Shown piece by piece: positions 44,345 to 54,425 of a stretch of DNA of 64,000 nt. The notes under the pieces were generated by a model that saw nothing but the letters and a program-made list of their open reading frames with translations, searched no databases and had not been told where the DNA came from. The stretch covers positions 343 to 64,342 of the forward strand of contig CAVYBJ010000001.1 of the NCBI GenBank assembly GCA_963766685.1, written 5' to 3'. How positions within the stretch are numbered: position 1 is the stretch's first letter; every line of letters begins with the position of its first letter. The position numbers were made by a program, and so were the translations under genes. Origin of the DNA: an uncultured Chloroflexia bacterium (GTDB lineage: Bacteria > Chloroflexota > Limnocylindria > Limnocylindrales > CSP1-4).

Positions 44345-45130
44345 TTACAGCGTGGGCAGCTCCCGGCCCGCCGCCCGGGCGGCCGCTTTCTTCTCCGCCC
44401 AGGCGGTCAGGACGCTGTCCTTGTGGGGCCGGATGGGGCAGTGCTCGTCGCGGTTGCGATCCTCGTCGCAGTAGCCCAGGGGCACGCACTTGGGTGCCAG
44501 GAAGGAGCCCAGGAAGGGGCTGACCGTGAAGACCTCGTGGCGGATGAGCTGGAAGAGGCGTCGGATCTCCCATTGGGCCATGGTGCAGAGACGCAGCCCG
44601 GACATGTGGATGAGCGCCCGCAGGTTGGTCGTCATGACCAGGTTGGTGCGCGTGGCATTGGGCAGCACGAAGCGCGCGTCCTCGCCCGGGATGCCAGCCT
44701 CCAGCATCTCCCCGTAGACGTCGAGCGCGCCGGCCAGCTGGGCCTCGAAGCGCTCACGCACGTCGGCCTCCGCGTCGCTGACGGAGCCCGGCACCATGGT
44801 GCTGGGGGCCTTGTAGTCGACGTAGCGCTGCGACTGCTGGTCGAAGGCGAGGCCCGCGCGGTGGCGCACCAGCTGGTGCGAGAGCGTCCTGGTGACGCCG
44901 CTGATGGCGAAGGTGAACACGATGTGCTCGATGGTCGAGCCGTGACCCGACTCGATGACCCGCCGCACCAGCTCTTGCTGGCGCTCGCTGGCCACCCGGC
45001 CGCTGGTGGCCCGCTCGAAGATGTCCTGCGGCTCGAGCTCGCTGTAGCACGTCCGGCAGGCCGTGTAGACGAGCGGGAGGTAGTAGCGCTCGGTGATCTC
45101 GCGGGTGGGGAAGAGCAGCGTCGCTCGCAT
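44345..45130 (-). CDS. thyX: FAD-dependent thymidylate synthase ThyX
   Basis: ThyX signature LVRHRAGLAFDQQSQRYV. ATG 45130 gives MRATLLFPT... The ORF-track start 45541 adds a non-conserved Arg/Ser/Pro-rich stretch. Confidence 0.9.
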   Translation of the reverse strand: MRATLLFPTREITERYYLPLVYTACRTCYSELEPQDIFERATSGRVASERQQELVRRVIESGHGSTIEHIVFTFAISGVTRTLSHQLVRHRAGLAFDQQSQRYVDYKAPSTMVPGSVSDAEADVRERFEAQLAGALDVYGEMLEAGIPGEDARFVLPNATRTNLVMTTNLRALIHMSGLRLCTMAQWEIRRLFQLIRHEVFTVSPFLGSFLAPKCVPLGYCDEDRNRDEHCPIRPHKDSVLTAWAEKKAAARAAGRELPTL

Positions 45131-45341
45131 GCCCAGGTCGCGGCTGGCGGGGCTTCGTGGCGTGGCACTCACGGGTGTCCGGCGCTCGTCACTGGGGGGC
45201 TGGCTCACGGCGCGAGTGTACGGGTCGCGGCCCGTCCATGCCGGAAGTCGTCGGGAGACCCCCACGCCTCCTCCTGGCGGCGGCGCCAGCGCCCCCGGTC
45301 GACGCGCCGGGTCCACGGCCGCACGGCGCGACGTCTGCGTC

Positions 45342-46409
45342 CTAGGTCGCCGGTGGCTCCCGCTCCTCGATGAGGACGCGCAGCGTGTCGCGGCTGGCCG
45401 AGAGGATGAGCTCCTCGCCGGCCTGCAGGCGCCGCTCGGCCGGAGGGTGCGCATCGTACTCACCCGGACCCCGCACGACGGCCAGGGTGAAGATGCCGCG
45501 CTCGAGGAGGTCACCCACGGTCGTGCCATCCAGCGGCCCACCGGCCACCACGCGGTACTCCTCGATGGAGAAGCTGAGGTGCGCGCGGGACAACGCGGCG
45601 TCGATGAAGTCGCTGACGGCGGGCCGCACGGCGAGCTCGGCGAGGCGGTGGCCAGCCATCGTGTAGGGCGACACCACGCGGTCGGCGCCGGCGCGCTTGA
45701 GACGGGCCTCGGCGGCAGGCAGGTTGGCGCGCCCGACGATGAAGAGCCCGGCGTTCAGCGTTCGCGCCGAGAGGACCACGTAGACGTTGTAGACGTCCTC
45801 GTCGATGGTGGCCACGAGACCGGCGGCGCGATCGATGCCGGCGGCCAGGAGGGTGACCTCGGTCGTGGCGTCGCCCTCCACGACGAGGTAGCCGGCCGAC
45901 CGCGCCCGCTCGATGGACTCGGGCAGGATGTCCACGACGACGACGCCCCGTCCGCTGTCCTTGAGCTCGCCGGCCACCGTGGCGCCGACCCGGCCGAAGC
46001 CGCAGACGATGTAGTGACCGGTCATGGTCGCGATCCGTTCCTGCATCTTCCTCCGCTCCCTGCGTCCGCTGCCGATCTCGGCCAGCACGACCTCCGCCAT
46101 GATGCCCACGCCGCCGAAGAGCAGCATGGCCCCGGTGATGGAGGCAGCCATGGCCACGATGCGCCCGGATTCGTCCAACGGTTGGATCTGCCCGTAGCCC
46201 ACCGTCGTGAGGGTGGTGACGGTCATGAACAACGCGTCGGAAACGGACCAGCCCTCGAGCGCCCAGAAGAGGAACGTGAAGCCGAGGACGGCGGCCGCGA
46301 CGGCGACCAGCCACACCCGAACGTGACTGATCGTCACGCGGACGCCGGCGGGGGCCTCGCGGGCCGCCGGACGAGTCGAGCCGTCCTGGCCCTCAGCTGG
46401 GCTGGTCAC
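45342..46409 (-). CDS. Two-TM potassium channel with cytoplasmic RCK (TrkA-N/TrkA-C) domains
   Basis: Selectivity filter TLTTVGYGQ, Rossmann motif IVCGFGRVGATVA and a C-terminal TrkA-C-like domain. Confidence 0.85.
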   Translation of the reverse strand: MTSPAEGQDGSTRPAAREAPAGVRVTISHVRVWLVAVAAAVLGFTFLFWALEGWSVSDALFMTVTTLTTVGYGQIQPLDESGRIVAMAASITGAMLLFGGVGIMAEVVLAEIGSGRRERRKMQERIATMTGHYIVCGFGRVGATVAGELKDSGRGVVVVDILPESIERARSAGYLVVEGDATTEVTLLAAGIDRAAGLVATIDEDVYNVYVVLSARTLNAGLFIVGRANLPAAEARLKRAGADRVVSPYTMAGHRLAELAVRPAVSDFIDAALSRAHLSFSIEEYRVVAGGPLDGTTVGDLLERGIFTLAVVRGPGEYDAHPPAERRLQAGEELILSASRDTLRVLIEEREPPAT

Positions 46410-46619
46410 TCGCCCAGTCTACGGACACGCCGCACGCGACGCACCCTGTCCGTCGCACGCGGCCCGGGGCCTGCACGGGCTGGCCGGCGGCCGACGGCGG
46501 TCCGTGCTAGCGTCGCTCAGACAGCCCGGGTCTTCAGGCCGGCTGTCTCAGACGGTCCTGCGGCCCACGGTCGGATGCATCCACCGCCTGGCCCGCGCTT
46601 CACGAGACGAGGTGACGAC

Positions 46620-47198
46620 ATGGTGCTGCGCGGGCTCTTCGGTGGCCACAGCGACCCCGGGCAGGCGGTCGATGCGGACGCCACGCCGACGCCAGTGGTG
46701 GACGCCTCCGCCAGGGATACGCAGTCCATCCGTCGCATCTCGGAGGAGCTGGAGGCACTGCCCATCGAGCAGCGCCGCTACGTGGCCGGCTTCGCCTACG
46801 TGCTGGCCCGGGTCGCGCACGCAGACCTCGCGGTCAGCGACGCCGAGCTGGGCTACATGGAGGAGGCCGTCGTCAAGGTGGGCCACCTCAGCCAGGCGCA
46901 GGCCGCGCTCGTCGTCGAGATGGCCCGCAACATGAACGACCTCTACGGTGCCACCGACGACTTCGTGGTCACCCGGGAGTTCGCGCGGATGGCCAGCCGC
47001 GAGCAGTGTGAGGACCTCCTGCGCACCGCGTTCGCGGTCGGCGCGGCCGACGATTCGATCACGGCAGCCGAGGTGGCGGAGCTCAACGAGGTCGGCAAGG
47101 AGCTTGGCTTCCGGTCCGATGAGGTGGATTCGATGCGCGACGAGTTCCGCGACCAGCTCTCCTCGATCCAGGCCATGCGCGCCGCGCGGGGGGCCTGA
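46620..47198 (+). CDS. TerB-like (tellurite-resistance TerB / DjlA N-domain-like) protein
   Basis: SD GAGGTGA lies before ATG 46620. Two helical repeats carry the acidic motifs ADLAVSDAELGYMEE and ADDSITAAEVAELNE. The upstream 500 codons of the track ORF are antisense to thyX and the channel gene. Confidence 0.55.
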   Translation: MVLRGLFGGHSDPGQAVDADATPTPVVDASARDTQSIRRISEELEALPIEQRRYVAGFAYVLARVAHADLAVSDAELGYMEEAVVKVGHLSQAQAALVVEMARNMNDLYGATDDFVVTREFARMASREQCEDLLRTAFAVGAADDSITAAEVAELNEVGKELGFRSDEVDSMRDEFRDQLSSIQAMRAARGA

Positions 47199-47258
47199 CG
47201 ACGCCGCCCGATCCGGCCGGCCCGGCGACAGGTTCGGACGGCGCCGGGAGCGGCCCCG

Positions 47259-48463
47259 GTGCCCGTGGCATCATTGGACGTCATGGAGACCGGCCCGACC
47301 AGACCCCGTCGGCGCCCTGGTCGCGGGCCGCGCCGCGTGCGCGTGCTGCGCAGGGCCAGGCGCCGCGCCCGGTTCCGCGAGTCGCTCGTGACGCTGGGAC
47401 CCAAGTCGCGGCAGGTCACGCTGTCGGACGGACGCACCCTCGGCTTCGACGACTTCGGTGACCCGGAGGGGACGCCGGTGCTCTTCTTCCACGGCTTCGG
47501 GTCGTCGCGGGTGGTGCGCCATCCGGACGATGACATCGCGGCCCAGCTGGGTGCCCGCATCATCGCCGTGGACCGGCCCGGCATCGGCATCTCGACGCGC
47601 CAGTCGAACCGCCGGGTCACCGACTGGCCGCGCGACGTCGACGAGCTGCTGGACATCCTGGGCATCGACCGCTGCTCGATCGTGGCCTGGTCGGGGGGCG
47701 GCCCGTACGCGCTCGCCTGTGGCTGGCAGATGCCCGAGCGGTTCTCCGTCATCGGTCTCATCAGCGGACCGGCGCCCCTTTCCGGCGTGCCCGGCAGCAC
47801 CGGCTACACGTGGCCGCGCCATCGAGCCATGTCACGCACCGCGGACCATGCCCCGTGGGTCATCGCCCTGGCCATGTGGCGCTGGTCGCGCCAGCAGCGC
47901 TCTGACCCGGAGAAGCAGCTCGACGACGCCATCGCCGGCATGATCGAGGCCGACCGCGAGATCCTCGGTGACCCCGCCCTGCGCGCCGTCATGATCGCCA
48001 ACACGACGGAGATGTGGCGCCAGGGCAACCGGGGTGTCTACGACGAGGCGCTGTGCATGGCCCGTCCGTGGGGCTTCCCCATCGACGGCGTGGCGGTCCC
48101 GGTGCGCATCTGGCACGGCACCCAGGACCAGGTCGTGCCCGTGGGCATGGGCCGCTACATCGAGCGCACCGTCCCGGCGCGGTGGCCACCTACTACCACG
48201 GCGAGGGTCACCACTTCGTGTACGACCGCTGGCGCGAGATCCTGGCCGTCATCGTGGCCGAGGCGCGCTCACGGGAGACGAGCCCCCGCCCCGCTGCTGT
48301 CGGGCCCGCGGGTTCGGATCGGCCGGTCGATGTCCGGGTCGCGACGCCCGGGACGCGCGAGCGCGAGGCGGCCCTGGCCGAGCGTGCTGGCGCTGGGGGA
48401 GTCGGCCGCCTCGGCCTGAACGTCTCCAGGCTCCGACCCCGGGCATGCGCCCCTGGGACATGA
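47259..48463 (+). pseudogene. Alpha/beta-fold hydrolase; one -1-type frame break near 48170
   Basis: HGFGSS oxyanion region, nucleophile elbow VAWSGGG and HGTQDQVVP are in ORF 47259... The catalytic-His region YYHGEGHHFVYDRW is in ORF 48014..48463. Both the start and the long C-terminal tail are uncertain. Confidence 0.65.
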
Positions 48464-48545
48464 CATGCCCGCACGGGCATGGCGCGACCCCACCCGTGGT
48501 GCAGGTGGGGTCGGAGCGGCGGCATGCGTGGCGCCGTGCCAGGCG

Positions 48546-49725
48546 CTAGAGGCGCTTCTCCAGGGTGCCGCCGCGGCCGCGGGGCACGATGCGGTAGTAG
48601 GTCTTGTTGAAGAAGATCTTGCCGACGTGCCAGAGGCGGCTCGGCGTCGGGGGGTGCGGCGGGTTCTCGTAGTCGAAGCGCAGCAGCGTGCCCTTGCCGT
48701 CGCCGACCTCGAAGAAGCACATCACCTTGCCCGTGTAGACGGACTCCTTGGCGTGCGGCTCGCGTGCCTGGACGCGTGCGGCCACGCGCTCGGCGATGAC
48801 GGGGGCCTCGAAGTGGGCGGTCGATCCGGCCTTGCTGAGGGGCAGGTCGGTGGCGTCGCCGAGGGCCCAGACGTTCTCGCGGCCGCCGACGTTGAGCGTC
48901 TTGGGGTCGGTCGGCAGCCAGCCGCCCGGCCGTGGGGCGAAGCCGCTGTCCATGAGCACCTGGGCGCCCTTGTGCGGCGGCACGAGCACCAACAGGTCGT
49001 ACTCCAGCTCCTCGCCCTCGAGGCTGAGGACCATCTTGCGCTCGGGGTCGATGGCCTCCACGTTGAAGAAGGTGTGCAGCTCGATGCCCTTCTTCTCCAG
49101 CTCCGGAGTGGCCATCTCGCTGACCGACTCGATGGTGAAGGCTCGTGCGATGGGTGAGCAGTAGTGCAGGTCGGACTTGTCACGCAGGCCTCGCTCCCGG
49201 AGCTCGGCCTCGATGAGGAAGGCCACCTCCAGCGGGGCCGGCGGGCACTTGTAGGGCATCGAAGCGATGCCCACCACGACCTTGCCGCCCTGGAAGGCAT
49301 CCAGCGCCTTGCGCAGCCGCTGGGCGGCCTGCTCGCTGTAGAAGTGATGTGCCTCCTGCTCGAAGTGCTCGATGGTCTCGGGCAGGATGCGCGATCCCGG
49401 TGGCCAGCACCAGCTCCGTGTAGTCGAGGCGGGTGCCGTCGGCCAGCTCGACCTGGCTGGCCGCCTCATCGATGGCCGTGATGGTGCCGATGACGAGCTC
49501 GACGCGGCCGTCCAGCAGGCGTCGCTCGGGCTTGCGCAGTGACTTGGGGTCCTGGTTGCCCATGGCGATGTACATGAAGCCGGGCTGGTAGACGTGCTCG
49601 CCCGTCTCGTCCACGACGGTGACCCTGGCCTCACCGGCGTCGATCTGCTTCTTGATCTTGCGGCTGATGAGGTTGGCGACCAGGGTGCCGCCCACGCCAC
49701 CGCCCAGGACGAGGATGTTCTTCAT
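48546..49725 (-). pseudogene. sqr: Sulfide:quinone oxidoreductase-like FAD-dependent oxidoreductase; one +1 break near 49400
   Basis: FAD fold MKNILVLGGGVGGT is in ORF 49180..49725. SMPYKCPPAPLE and ALGDATDLPLSKAGSTAHFE are in ORF 48546..49700. Confidence 0.75.
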
Positions 49726-49752
49726 GTCCGGACCTCCCGAGGCCTCGTTCGA

Positions 49753-50004
49753 CTACTTGAGCTTCTCGACGACGATCTCGTCGTAGCCTTCGTGCGGGAA
49801 GACGCCGACGAGCCGATGGCCGGCCTTGGCGACCCAGGCGGGGATGTCCGTCCGGGAGCCGTTGTCGCTGGAGATGACGGCCAGGATGTCGCCGACCTGG
49901 CCCTCGCGGATGCCACGGATGAGCTCCATGAGCGGGCCGGGGCAGAAGCTGCCACGCGCGTCGATGGTGCGGGTCGGGTCGGTCTCGAGCTGCAGAGCGG
50001 TCAC
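49753..50004 (-). CDS. TusA/SirA-family sulfurtransferase
   Basis: GTG 50004. Active-site context IDARGSFCPGPLMEL. 83 aa. Confidence 0.75.
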   Translation of the reverse strand: MTALQLETDPTRTIDARGSFCPGPLMELIRGIREGQVGDILAVISSDNGSRTDIPAWVAKAGHRLVGVFPHEGYDEIVVEKLK

Positions 50005-50081
50005 GGGGTGGTCCTTTCGGGTCGTGGAGTGGTCGGGGCTGGTCGGGGATCGGGCGGGTGCCGCCCGGGGCTGCTCGCGGA

Positions 50082-50646
50082 TCAGATGAAGAGGGAGGCC
50101 GTGTGGTCCTCGGTCATGAGCTCCAGGACCGTGGCCGCGCCGACGGGCTCCCCGAGGCCGTCGATCATGTCCTCGCGCTTGAGGCCGAACATGTCCATGG
50201 TCATCTGGCAGGGCAGGAACTCCACGCCCATGAGCTGGCAGGCCTCCAGCAGCTCCTTGGGGGAGGCCACGTTGTACTGCTTGCTGAGCTTGCCGATCAT
50301 CCAGGGGCCCATGCCCAGGAAGTTCATCTGCGACATCTTCAGGTGGCTGATGCCGGGCCGCTGCATGGCCGAGAGCATCTTCTGCATCCAGTTCTCGCCG
50401 GTGATGCGGCGCTGATCCTTGACGAACGGAAGCAGGCCCCAGAAGGTCAGGAAGACGCTCGACTTGTAGCCGCTGGCCGCGGCCACGCTGGACATGATCA
50501 AGCGTGGGCATGACCTTGTCGTACTGGCCGCTCCAGTTGATGATGACGAGCTGGCGCTGGGCCGTGGGCAGGCTGTCCGACGGCTGGGCAGCAGCGGCGA
50601 TGGCGGCTGTCAGCTGGGCTTCCGGGATCTCGGCGGTGGCGGTCAT
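50082..50646 (-). pseudogene. DsrE/DsrF-like (COG2210-type) sulfur-relay protein; one +1 break near 50500
   Basis: The N-part MTATAEIP...LVIINWSGQYDKV is in the frame of ORF 49753..50703. The remainder (SVAAASGYKSSVFLTFWGL...FLPCQMTMDMFG) is in ORF 50082..50501. SD AGGAAAGGG lies before ATG 50646. Confidence 0.7.
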
Positions 50647-50665
50647 CGATGTGTCCCTTTCCTGC

Positions 50666-50902
50666 TCAGGCCTTCTGGATGACGAAGCGGAAGACGCTGC
50701 CATCCTGCGTCTGCTCGACGATGGCGTTGCCGGTCGAGCGCGTCCAGGCCGCGAAGTCCTTGACGGATCCAGGGTCGGTGGCCAGCACCTCGACGAGCGC
50801 GCCCTGGGGCACGGTCTTGACGTGCTGGGCCGTCTTGACGATGGGCATCGGGCAGGAGAGGCCCTTGGCGTCGACGGTCGAATGGATGGCTTCGGTGGTC
50901 AT
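50666..50902 (-). CDS. TusA/SirA-family sulfurtransferase
   Basis: 78 aa with active-site DAKGLSCPMPIVK. Confidence 0.8.
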   Translation of the reverse strand: MTTEAIHSTVDAKGLSCPMPIVKTAQHVKTVPQGALVEVLATDPGSVKDFAAWTRSTGNAIVEQTQDGSVFRFVIQKA

Positions 50903-50934
50903 GTCGTCACTCCTCCGGGTGGTTGCCTGGGCGT

Positions 50935-51351
50935 CTAGATGAAGAGGATCTGGCCGTCACCGGCGTTCAGGTAGAAGGCCGTCACGCCCTCGACGCCATC
51001 GACGAGGGGATCGAGGTCCTTCTCCTCGATGCCGAGGACGTCCATGGACAGCGTGCAGGCCTGGATCTCGACGCCGCCCAGGTCCTTGGCCTGGGCCATC
51101 GTCTCGTACCAGGGCGCCTGGCCGGCAGCCCGCAGGTGCTCGACCGCGGCCTTCCCCTCGGGTCCGGCTTCGGGAGCCAGGCCGTGGTCGCTGCGGATGC
51201 GGTCGGCCCTGAAGGCGTCGAGCGCCCAGTACTGCAGGAAGATGTGGACGGGGCGGCCGAGGGCGGCAGCCCCGGCGGTCATGACCGCGGCGGCATTGAG
51301 CTTGTCGTCGGTGCCGCTGAAGAGCACCAGGGCCAGGGGCTGGTCGTCCAT
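50935..51351 (-). CDS. DsrE/DsrF-like (COG2210-type) protein
   Basis: 138 aa with LALVLFSGTDDKLNAAAV...VEIQACTLSMDVLG. Paralogous in layout to 50082..50646. Confidence 0.7.
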   Translation of the reverse strand: MDDQPLALVLFSGTDDKLNAAAVMTAGAAALGRPVHIFLQYWALDAFRADRIRSDHGLAPEAGPEGKAAVEHLRAAGQAPWYETMAQAKDLGGVEIQACTLSMDVLGIEEKDLDPLVDGVEGVTAFYLNAGDGQILFI

Positions 51352-51372
51352 GTCGTTCCCTCTTCTTCGTGG

Positions 51373-51735
51373 CTAGCTGGCGGTGGTCGGTCCGGGCTCG
51401 ACGCTGCCCTCGATGGCAGCCGAGAGCTCGGCGTAGCGGGCCAGGCGGCGCCGCATGACCTGGGCCATCAGGTCGCAGGCGCCGATGACGCCCGGGTCGG
51501 TGAGCCGGTAGACGGCGCCGCGGCCGTCCCGTTCCGCCTCCACCAGCCCCGCGGCCCGCATCACGGCCAGGTGCTGTGAGGCGTTGGGCTGGCTGATGCC
51601 GAGCTCGGCCGCGATGCGGCCGACCTCATGCGGCTGGCGGGCAAGGAGGTGCAGGATGGCGATGCGCGCCGGATGCGACAGCGTCCGGCAGATCTCCGCC
51701 TGCAGCTCGTGGATGGCGTCCATGACTGGCATCAT
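51373..51735 (-). CDS. ArsR/SmtB-family transcriptional regulator
   Basis: wHTH LSHPARIAILHLLARQPHEVGRIAAELGISQPNASQHLAVMRAAGLV. First gene of the minus-strand sulfur operon. Confidence 0.85.
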   Translation of the reverse strand: MMPVMDAIHELQAEICRTLSHPARIAILHLLARQPHEVGRIAAELGISQPNASQHLAVMRAAGLVEAERDGRGAVYRLTDPGVIGACDLMAQVMRRRLARYAELSAAIEGSVEPGPTTAS

Positions 51736-51862
51736 TCAACATATGCGAACGTGCGCATGAGTGCCATGCGTCACATCGACCCGTGCCAGTCGGCCCCCGG
51801 CGGTCTGGGGGCCGGGAGGACGCCATCGGGGCGCAAGGACTGACGGGGGTGACCCCGTGCCG

Positions 51863-52640
51863 TCAGGAGGCGGCGGAAGGGCTCGGCAGCGGGCTTGGGG
51901 CGGGGGAGGGGGCCGGGACGGGCGGGCTGGCAGAGGGCTCCGGGGGCACGTACTCCCCGGGCTCGATGCGCATGCTGTCCACCACGTCCAGGGATGCCTG
52001 CAGCAGACCGCCGAAGGGCACGCCCGGGAAGGACTCGATGGCGATGACGATGACGTCCCCGTCGACGTCCAGGGCGAGGAAGCGCGACTGCTGATCGGCG
52101 ACCTGCACGAACTCGCCGCCCTCGGCGATGGGCAGCGCCCAGATGAGCAGCCAGGGCAGGTCGCATTCCTCGTAGGCCGGCGTGGCGACGTCCATCCAGA
52201 GGCCGCTGTACCGATCGACCCGAAGCGGCGGACGGTGGTCCCGGGTTGAGGTACGGGTTGCCGCCGATGACCTCCATGAGGCGCGGCACCGTCACGTCGA
52301 CGGTCGTCAGCGAGCTCGGGTCGCACGAATCCAGGAACACGTCGCCGTCGAACCGCGTGACGCTCAGGACGGTGCCCGGCTCGTCGACGCGCTCGAGGGT
52401 GAAGATGGGGCCGTCGCCCGAGGGGCCCACGAGCCAGCCGTCGTCCACCCGGAACTCGATGCGCGGGCCGACCAGGCTGGACTCGTAGCGGCCCGCCGGC
52501 AGCTCCGTTCCCGGTTCCGGCAGGGGCTCGGCCGCGGCGTCCTGACCGAGCGCCGAGGCGGGCAGTGCGAGGGCCAGGGCCACGGCCATGACGAGGCACG
52601 CGGCGTGGCTTGCCAGGTGCCGTCGCCGGCGGCCGGTCAT
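51863..52640 (-). pseudogene. Secreted hypothetical protein with Pro/Ser-rich C-terminal tail; one +1 break near 52245
   Basis: Signal peptide LASHAACLVMAVALALALPASALG is in ORF 51771..52682. The C-part RVDRYSGLWMDVATPAYEECDLPW...VPAPSPAPSPLPSPS is in ORF 51863..52195. Confidence 0.45.
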
Positions 52641-52650
52641 GGCTTCTGCC

Positions 52651-53461
52651 TCAGCCGCCCTCGCCCGCGGCGGCCGCGGCATCCGCGATGCGTGCCTTCA
52701 GCGCATTCCACTCGGGCACGCCGGCCATGACCTCGCCATTGACGACCACCGATGGGGTGCTCTTGATGCCGAGCGTGGCGCCCTCCGTGGCCTCGGCCTG
52801 CACGGCCTCCAGGTAGGCCGGGTCCTTCATCTCCGTCCAGGAAGGCGGCCCGGTCAAGGCCCAGGAGCTCCGCCATGTCCGCCAGCCGGTCGATCGTGAA
52901 GGCACCCTGGTTCTCGCCCTGCTGGTTGTGGAACACGAGCTGGTGGAAGTCCCAGAACTTGCCGTCCATCTCCTCCGCGACGCGCATGGCGACGGCGGCG
53001 TCCAGCGACTCCTGCCCGATGAAGGGGTAGTCCTTGTACGTCAGGAAGACCTGGCCGTCGGTCACGGGACCGGCGATGAGGAGGGGCTCGATGCGCTTGG
53101 TGTAGAGCCCGCAGGCCGGGCACTGGGGGTCCTCGAAGACATCGATCCTCACCGGCGCCTCCGGGTCACCCAGGCTGCGGCCGACCCGCAGCTCGGCCGC
53201 TGGAGCCGGCTCCTCGGGCTTGGCCACGGCAGGCGTCTCATCGTCCGCGAAGCCGCCGCTGGCGATGACCAGTCCCACGATGACCAGCAGGGCGACGGCG
53301 ATGATGGCGCCCGTGAGAAGCCACATGGATCGGTTCGACGATGTCGGACGGCCGGCAGGTGGCGAGCCCGGCTTGCCCGCCGAGCGCTCTGCGGCGCGGC
53401 GCTCCTTGCGGCTGGGGCCCTGGCCGGCCGAGGATGGGTTGGTCTGGCTGGTCATCGTCAT
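52651..53461 (-). pseudogene. Membrane-anchored DsbA-family thiol:disulfide oxidoreductase; one +1 break at ~52843 (CTG GAC g GAG ATG)
   Basis: TM anchor WLLTGAIIAVALLVIVGLVI and thioredoxin active site DPQCPACG are in ORF 52637..53461. The C-terminus EMKDPAYLEAVQAE...GIKSTPSVVVNGE is in ORF 52651..52905. Confidence 0.75.
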
Positions 53462-53599
53462 CTCACCATGCGGGGGGATTCGATCATGGAGGTGACAGGA
53501 TAGGGCCGACGCGTCAAGAACGCTGCTGCGGAGGCCCGGTTCGCCCTGCGAACCTGGGTGATCGTCGTGGTCGGGAGACCGGCGCCGTCCGGCAGCCGC

Positions 53600-54034
53600 T
53601 CAGGCTCGGCGTGGCCGCTCGAGGGCCTGGGATCGACGTGCCACGACCACGTCAGCCTTGGCGTGGGCCGCCACGTGCGCGGTCACGCTCTCCGTCCAGG
53701 GCAGGCCATCCTTCGCGGCCCGGCTGCCGCCCACGACGATGGTGTCGTACCCGCGCTCGCTGGCAAGCCGCTCGATGGTCTCCGCGGGGTCTCCAGCCGG
53801 CTCGATGAGTCCGGCCTCCACGCCGTGGTCGCGCAGGAAGCCGCGCGCCTCCACCAGCTCACGGGCGTGCTGCACGGCGGGATCCTCCGCCTGTTCGCCG
53901 CGTTCGCCGGACCCCTCCGGGACGACGCTCACGACATCGACGCGTGCCCCGAACACGTGGGCCAGTCGAGCCGCCATCTCCAGGGCGCGGTGACCGGCCT
54001 CGTGACCGTCGTAGGCCACCAGGATCTTCCTCAT
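53600..54034 (-). CDS. Universal stress protein (UspA family)
   Basis: ATG 54034 gives MRKILVAYDGHEAGHRAL...YDTIVVGG...VTAHVAAHAKADVVV. Confidence 0.8.
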   Translation of the reverse strand: MRKILVAYDGHEAGHRALEMAARLAHVFGARVDVVSVVPEGSGERGEQAEDPAVQHARELVEARGFLRDHGVEAGLIEPAGDPAETIERLASERGYDTIVVGGSRAAKDGLPWTESVTAHVAAHAKADVVVARRSQALERPRRA

Positions 54035-54403
54035 GCGATCCTCCGCGCACCACCTGAGCCCAGCGTGCCGCACTGGTCGACCCGTGGTCATCGTCATCCG
54101 CGGGCCGCGGCGCCGCACAGTCCGAGGCGTCACGAAGCCTGGGCCGAAGGTCCCGAAGCGAGTGACCGGGGAGGGGCCGGCAGCGAGCGCCCGGGGAACA
54201 CAAGATGACGGCGTCCCGGTGGTCCCGAGACGCCGCCTTGGGCAGCCAGAGGAGATGGCGCTCGCCCGCTCCCCCCGACGGGTCACCCCGTCGCGGGCGA
54301 GCACCGGTCGATCGCGGACAACCGGTCAAGGAGCGGTCCACGAACGAACGTGCCGATCGTGGCCGGCGTCGCCCCGGCCTGACGATGGCCGGATGGCCCC
54401 CAT

Positions 54404-54425
54404 CGACGGGCCGATCGGCCCGTCG
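54404..54425. repeat. Perfect 22-bp palindrome CGACGGGCCGATCGGCCCGTCG in the usp/rrf2 intergenic region
   Basis: Read directly: the sequence equals its own reverse complement. The half-site CGACGGG/CCCGTCG recurs at 54276-54293 inside a nested hairpin (54260-54302). Confidence 0.9.

Noticed and set aside
45093-47198. 701-aa plus-strand ORF
   Set aside because: Only the last 193 codons (from ATG 46620, preceded by an SD) encode the TerB-like protein. The first 500 codons are antisense to thyX and the K+ channel gene.
48546-51735. Recent horizontal acquisition of the sulfur operon
   Set aside because: Its amino-acid composition is richer in Lys, Met and Phe than its neighbours. However, codon third positions are as G/C-rich as elsewhere, and no mobility genes or repeats flank it. 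The evidence is insufficient, and I noted it only inside the operon finding.
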